In this document: piece by piece, positions 58,453-64,000 of the stretch
How positions within the stretch are numbered: position 1 is the first letter of the stretch
Layout: the number at the start of each line of letters is the position of its first letter
DNA from: the human T2T-CHM13v2.0 reference genome, Homo sapiens
DNA: 64,000 bases
Strand: one strand, 5' to 3'
Assembly: GCF_009914755.1 (NCBI RefSeq)
Contig: NC_060946.1
The notes under the pieces: generated by a model
What the model saw: the letters and a program-made list of their open reading frames with translations, nothing else
What the model was told of the DNA's origin: nothing
Databases searched by the model: none
Position numbers and translations under genes: made by a program

Positions 58453-58934
58453 AACAAGTCAATAAAAACAGAAGAGAGAGAGATGTCAAAATACTTTCCT
58501 TGGAGGCCCCAGGAGGGAGAGGCACTGTCAGGACTCACCTGGCCAGGGAAGGCAACCCCACCAGAGGCAGAACGGAGGTCAGGGGGGCAGCTGGCCCAGG
58601 AAGCCTTTGGGGAATGGCTCAGGCCTCAGGCAGGGACTGTGCAAACGCCGAGGCTGCGCAGGGAGTGATGGGTTGGGGGCTTAAGCCCCGAGCACCGTGT
58701 TCCCCTGCATGGGCAGACACGCAGTCAGGCTAGCACCTGCCCACTCCACCTGTGAGTGTACACAGGTGTCCGCGTAAAAGCCGGTGCCTGCACGCAGCTT
58801 ACATACAGAGAGCGGAACGAGGGTCCCCAGCAGAACAGGGGGCTCGTTCCAGAGCTTAAGGAAATAGCTTAGAGAAGTCTTTGGAAGCCTGGGTCGAGGG
58901 GAGAGCAGGGAGGCTGCTCTGTTGCCCATGGGCC

Positions 58935-59003
58935 TCAGGAAGCCAGGCCTTCCTGCCGCCGCTGGAGGACCTCGATGACGCTGCCGATACCGTCCTCGGG
59001 CAC
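58935..59003 (-). CDS. CASTOR1: CASTOR1 exon 9 coding part
   Basis: ctcag|GTGCCC ... TCC TGA. Confidence 0.95.
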   Translation of the reverse strand: MPEDGIGSVIEVLQRRQEGLAS

Positions 59004-62000
59004 CTGAGGGCAGGTGGGCAGGAGGGAAGGGTCAAGGCGGAAGCTGGCCAGGGCCACCCCTGACTTCCTGGCCCAGCTGAGACTACCTCCTGCCGCCCAC
59101 ATTTCTGGGCCTCACTCTCCCCTCTGCCCCAGCCCTTGGTGCTCCCCCTGCCCCAGCCCTTGGTGCTCACCAGGGCGTGGTCGAAGTTGAAGGTGCTGAT
59201 GTAGTAGGCAGAGATGTCAGCGGCAGCCAGGGGACCTGCAATCTGTGCCACGATGCCACATTCATCTGAGGGTGGTGGAGGAAGGCCACATGTGGCACAT
59301 GCCGGTTGCTCCCCAGACACTCCCCAGCCCCCCAACACCGGGAACAGCCCTCACCAAAGCCCAGGGGCTGTCCACCGATGCGCACCATCCTCCACAGCTC
59401 CCCCGAGGAGCTGGTCAGCAGGAGGTCACTGGGGAACCTGGGGAGGGAGATGGGTGATGGGCAGGGCACCCCCATCCACCCCTGCCTGACCGTGAGCTCT
59501 GGGACAGGTACACCTGCTGACCTCAGAGTCTGATGCCCCACCTCCTCCCTGCCTGGGACTGGCTGGGGCCTGGGGCCCACCCGGGGTCAGGGGTCACCTA
59601 CTTTTTCTGTGTTTCAGCATCCATGACAATGGAGATATAACCCTCGATGAGGGAGAAGGCAAAGAACGTGATGGAGCTGGGTTCAGGACTGCTAGAGGCT
59701 GCCTCCTTGGGGGTGCTGGGGAGGGATGGGAGGTTTAGGGGCTCTACCAGGCACCCAGCCTACTGCCCCTGCTCCCGATCAGCCTCCAGAACCCTGGGAA
59801 GGAGCTGGTATGGTGGCCTGGGCAGGCTCTGCCATATCTGCTACCCGCCCAAGGGTCCAGCCCTCTGGAAGGTGTGGGTGGGGATGGGGGAGGACAATGA
59901 ACCCAGCCTGTGCCAAAAACAAAGGATTCCACGGTGAGAGGGCCAGACCAGGGCATGGCTCAGACGACCCCACTGGAAAGGGATCCAGCTTTGGGGCAAG
60001 AACCTTCCCCGAACATCAGTGAAGCACAAGTGAGCATCATGGGCTGCCAGGAACCCCAAGAGAGGACAAGCAAGAGGTGCAAAACTGATAGATGGGCGGA
60101 AAGTGGTGGGACAGAGTGTAGGGAACAGTGCTGTGAGGACAAAGACGAAGTTCCAAGGTCCACCTGTGCGAGTAGAAGAGGACATCTATGAGGGTGGTGG
60201 CGATGGCTGGAAGCGTCTCAGGGTCCAGTGTGAGGACACAGAAGCGGTTCTGTGGGCTCTGGATGGGATGCACCGTGGGGCTGGGCCCTGCTGGAGGACA
60301 GCAGCAGGTGAAAAGGTGTCCGTGGGCTGGGGCGCCCCCTGGTGGCTAGTCAGGGAGAGGCGTGGGCCAGGGGCAGGTCTTGCTATCCAGGAACTGGCCG
60401 GGGTCCTCCTGCCCCACTGGGGCCCAAAAGGGAAGGGACCCAGTGGGAAGAGGAGGCCCTGCCCAAGTCCAAGTGTCAGGGGGCGGCCCTCACCATGCTG
60501 AGTGCGGGGAAAGCCATTGCTGGAATCATCCCTCGTCACAGGCACAGGCTCTCCGCCCACCTCGCGGTAAATGTCGAACTCCTGGGCCAGCGTGTGGATC
60601 ACCACGGACAGGTCCTGCTCCCGCACCTGGGCCACAGCAGATGGCACATCACATGGGCTCCCAGGTACCTATATCCACCCTGCTCTGCATCAGCACCAGC
60701 AGGAAACTCACCAGGATGAAGTCCGTCTGGTAAGTGGACAGCATCAGCACAGACACGTGGTGCTCGGCCAGTGGCGCGATGACCGAACGGGCGATCTTGG
60801 TGACCCCAGCAGCCTGCACTGCCGCACCGCTGTGAGACGACACGTTCAGCACCAGCCATGTGGCCTCAGCTACTTGCAGGAACTCAGATGGGGGCAGCTC
60901 TGTGGGCAGGGGACATGTCAGGTCAGGGTCTACAAGGCTGGCCCCTGCCCCTCTCTGAGCCTCAGTTTCCCTTTCTGTGCCTTGGAGGGCTCCATCAAGG
61001 TAAGGGCAGGTCTGGAGGCTGGGGCTCCTGAAGTCCCTATGTGTGCAAAGACTGAGAAAGGCTTCAAGTGCTGGCCTGGTGGCATTGAAACTTCCCACTT
61101 AAGATCAGAGGTCCAGATTCAGACAGACCTGGGTTCAAATCCCAGCTTTGTTAATTTGTCTTATGACCTGGGGTGGGTGATTTGAGTCTCAGTTTCCTCA
61201 TCTGTAAAATGGGACGACAATATCTACCTCACTACGGTGTCTTCTGTGGGTTAGCAGAAGCTTTGTACCACATGGCACCACCAGGGGGCATTCGCAGATC
61301 AGGTTGGCTGGGGGATTGCCTTCCCCTTTTGCAGACCCAGACTTCTGAAGTAAAAACAGGGAAACTAAGGCCTGCAGTGGAGCATGGGGACAGGCTAAGC
61401 TCCAGCTAGCTGGCCTGAGACTCCAAGCCTGTGAGGATGGGCAGGGCCAGCAGCAGGAGGAGGAGCTAGGCGTCAGCTCCAGGCCCCAGGGAGGGCCCAG
61501 GCTGGCGTCCAGTCCTGAGCTGGGGCCAGGGCCTGGGTGGCTGCTATTCACCCCAGCACAGCCAGGAGGCCTCCAGGACCCTCCCCTGAGATGGCTGCCT
61601 GCTCCTGCATTCCTTCCCTCAGACTCCTGGAGTTTCCAGACCAGCAGGGGAGGAGGTGACCCAAACCAGAGAGTAAGACCAGGAGGAAATAATACCCAGG
61701 GATTTCTAACAGCAGCACTTGACTGGAATCATAACAGAGGCCCTTCTGCAGGCCTAAGACTGCTGAGTGCCCCTCAGCGGTTTTAAGTTTATAAAGGCCT
61801 CATGGGACCCTATGTATCAGAACCATAACTATACCCATTTTACATAAGAGAAAACAGCTCAGAGAGGGAAAGTGATTTGCTCAAGGGCACACAGCCAGGG
61901 AGTGGTGGAGTAGGATTCGAACCCCGACCCATCTGCTTTTAAGGCTTAAGCTCTTGGGACGGATCCCAGCAACTGGTGAGAACCCTACAGAAGGGGAGCA

Positions 62001-62836
62001 CGACAAGCCCCTCCCGTACTCCCGTTCCCCAGACCAACCCCCACCTTTAAAGCCCTCCTCGTCCACCATAAGCGTGTAATCCTCAGGGGTCTCCGTCAGG
62101 CTGAAGAACTTGCACCTGGTTGGGGGTGGGGAGCATCTTCAGCTTGGTGTGGAGAACTAGGGGTCGGGAGTGGATTTCTCTCCATCTGCCCCGAGACACC
62201 CCCGCGACCCTGGGCCGGGCGCCTTCTTGCCCTCTCGGCCTTTAATTTCCAGGCCAATGGGATGTTAGCCCCATCTCGGGGGTTGGGGGCTACTTTCCGG
62301 CCTCCCGACCTCTCCAGGAACCCTCCACCCCTCCACTCCTGGAGGGAGGAGAGGTTCACACCCGCGGCGACAGCCCCAGGGGCGTCGGACCTTGGACCCC
62401 CTAGTCCAGCCCCTCTGACATGAAGTGAGGCGTCCTGGAAGGAGCTCCCCGCAGTGACCAGGTAGGAATGCCCCCATTTGACACTACTGAGTTAAGCATT
62501 GCCCATCCCAGGCTGTTTGCGCTTTGCCCCTGGGAGGGGGCCTCACGGGGCCGGATAGGCGGCGGTCCCCCAGGCCGGATGGCGGCCGGACGGGGAGAGT
62601 CCTCCCCACCCGCTCCCGCCCGCCTGCCTGCCTGCCTTACGGCGATCCTAATCCTCCGACCCTGGCCCGGAGCGAGAGCAGAGCCCCCAGCCCCTATCTG
62701 CGCTCCCGAACCCGGGCGCGCACCGGCTGCGGCGGGGCAGGAAGAGCAGCTTGATGAGCGGGTGGGTGTAGAGCCAGAGACCGGGACGGGCGACGCTCAG
62801 CACCCGCACCCGGTGTTCTAGGATGTGCAGCTCCAT
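58935..62836 (-). CDS. CASTOR1: Cytosolic arginine sensor for mTORC1 subunit 1 (GATSL3), 9 coding exons, 329 aa, ACT-domain protein
   Basis: Exons of 113+71+188+133+124+114+83+95+69 = 990 nt translate to MELHILEHRVRVLSVARPGLW...ISTFNFDHALVPEDGIGSVIEVLQRRQEGLAS*; all junctions GT-AG. Confidence 0.98.
59120..59168. repeat. 24-bp tandem duplication in CASTOR1 intron 8
   Basis: ctgccccagcccttggtgctc at 59124-59144 and 59148-59168. Confidence 0.85.
59171..59265 (-). CDS. CASTOR1: CASTOR1 exon 8
   Basis: ctcag|ATGAA ... CCTG|gtgagc; ECGIVAQ...FNFDHAL. Confidence 0.95.
59355..59437 (-). CDS. CASTOR1: CASTOR1 exon 7
   Basis: ccccag|GTTC ... TTTG|gtgagg; FPSDLLL...GGQPLGF. Confidence 0.95.
59602..59715 (-). 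CDS. CASTOR1: CASTOR1 exon 6
   Basis: ccccag|CACC ... AAAAA|gtaggt; TPKEAASS...MDAETQK. Confidence 0.95.
60164..60287 (-). CDS. CASTOR1: CASTOR1 exon 5 (NAGNAG acceptor)
   Basis: cagcag|GGCCC ... CACAG|gtggac; PSPTVHPIQ...VLFYSH. Confidence 0.93.
60332..60345 (-). promoter_or_regulatory. CTCF consensus motif, reverse orientation (CASTOR1 intron 4)
   Basis: Minus strand CCACCAGGGGGCGC, a perfect core consensus. Confidence 0.7.
60494..60626 (-). CDS. CASTOR1: CASTOR1 exon 4
   Basis: cccag|GTGCGG ... CATG|gtgagg; VREQDL...PRTQH. Confidence 0.95.
60712..60899 (-). CDS. CASTOR1: CASTOR1 exon 3
   Basis: cacag|AGCTG ... CCTG|gtgagt; LPPSEFLQ...STYQTDFIL. Confidence 0.95.
61278..61291 (+). promoter_or_regulatory. 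CTCF motif, forward orientation (CASTOR1 intron 2)
   Basis: CCACCAGGGGGCAT. Confidence 0.6.
62045..62115 (-). CDS. CASTOR1: CASTOR1 exon 2
   Basis: accag|GTGCAAG ... AAAG|gtgggg; CKFFSLTETPEDYTLMVDEEGFK. Confidence 0.95.
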
Positions 62837-63280
62837 CGCGGCTCGCGCGGACCCGACCCCGCCGCCAACTAGACCCAGGCCGCACGGGAGGCGGGGCGGC
62901 GGGGGTGGTGCCCGAGCCTTAAAGGAGCCGCTGCGCTGCCGCGTCCACGCCGCCCGCTGCGAGGCTGACCCGCCCAGCCAGGCGCGGCGTCCGGCTCCTT
63001 GACGGCCACGCCCCGCGGGAAGAGAAGCCTATTGGGTGGTCACGCCTCCTCCTAACGCCAGAACCTCATCCCGCTTTCCAGCCAGCCCACCGAGACCGCC
63101 CCGAACGGCTCCGCCTTTTTTAGTACTGGCTCGGGGATAGACCCCACCCCGTCTGACTCCTCCAGGCCCCGCCCCTGACGCGCCCCCTCCCTGGGCTCCG
63201 CCCTTTCCGCGGAAAGCCAGCTGCGCAGCCGGTGGGAGCATCCCGGAGGGGACGTTTCTGTCCTTCTGGCACACACGTGG
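62480..63280. promoter_or_regulatory. CASTOR1 CpG-island promoter (GC boxes, CCAAT 63031-63035)
   Basis: Very high CpG density spanning exon 1; several GGGCGG/CCGCCC; no TATA box seen. Confidence 0.88.
62724..62836 (-). CDS. CASTOR1: CASTOR1 exon 1 coding part
   Basis: MELHILEH...LPRRS; donor AGCCG|gtgcgc. Confidence 0.95.
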
Positions 63281-64000
63281 GTTTCATGATTGAAGTCCTT
63301 GAGACAGAAGGGACACGAAACAAACTGGAGCTCGGCTAGGACCAGAACGCTGCCCCCAAATCCCCGGAGCAATGAGAGGCACAGGTCTGCTGTGCAGCGC
63401 TGTCCCCCGGGCGCCTTTCGCTCTCCTGCCTCTCATGGCTGCAGGGGGCAGGGCCGCCAACACAGGATTGCGATTGATACCTACCCTTCCCCGCTTGCGA
63501 GGGGGCTGACAAATTGAAACCTGGCCTGGTAGCCCCACTTGTTCCTTTCATCCAACTTTCAAAATAGAAGGCTCCCCACCAGGGGCACACAGAGGTAGAA
63601 TCCTAGCCACCTCTGCCTGAGCGACATACTTTGGGTTAGGGGGCTGCAGGTGGCCAAGGCCTAAGGCTTGAGGTCCCTCGATACCAACAAAACCCGGAAG
63701 TGCTTGAGCCAGTAATGCCCAGTGCTCAGACTTTGGTGGGGGAGGCCCTTGCAGCTGAGGTTCAGTGAGTACTCAGACCTCAAGCCTGAAACTTGAGCCC
63801 CAAAGCCTGCAGCCCTTAGCTAGCCTGTGCACATCTAAACTTGCTTCAGGTTCAAGGAGGCCCCCGGCACTGGCAGACACCCCAGATCTTATCAGGCCTT
63901 CACAGGTCTAAGACCCCCCCAAGGCTAAGCAGGCATCAGCATGTCCATGTTGGCTCCATGCAGGGCTGAGAATGCTCCAGGGGACCCTTGCCTGGCCTGA

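Overview
Human (or near-identical great-ape) genomic DNA, recognisable as the 22q12.2 LIF-OSM-CASTOR1 locus. Three intact minus-strand protein-coding genes can be fully spliced from the sequence with canonical GT-AG sites: LIF (3 exons, 202 aa), OSM (3 exons, 252 aa) and CASTOR1/GATSL3 (9 exons, 329 aa). The rest is Alu/MIR/L1/L2/MaLR/DNA-transposon relics, low-complexity tracts and GC-rich regulatory DNA; most ORFs in the supplied track are spurious. I see no new gene family, RNA gene, CRISPR array or active mobile element. The best leads are regulatory or isoform hypotheses: (1) oriented CTCF-consensus motifs predicting nested LIF/OSM loops closed inside CASTOR1; (2) an open frame from an ATG in LIF intron 1 that splices in frame into exon 2 and has a signal-peptide-like N-terminus; (3) two strong-Kozak ATGs at the OSM signal-peptide boundary plus candidate intronic donors and a perfect CRE; (4) a triple STAT-site/CRE/AP-1 cluster 8-9 kb upstream of OSM and a TATA/CRE/UPRE module 4 kb upstream. 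Repeat subfamily names and lncRNA names come from recall, motifs were found by eye, and repeat boundaries are approximate.
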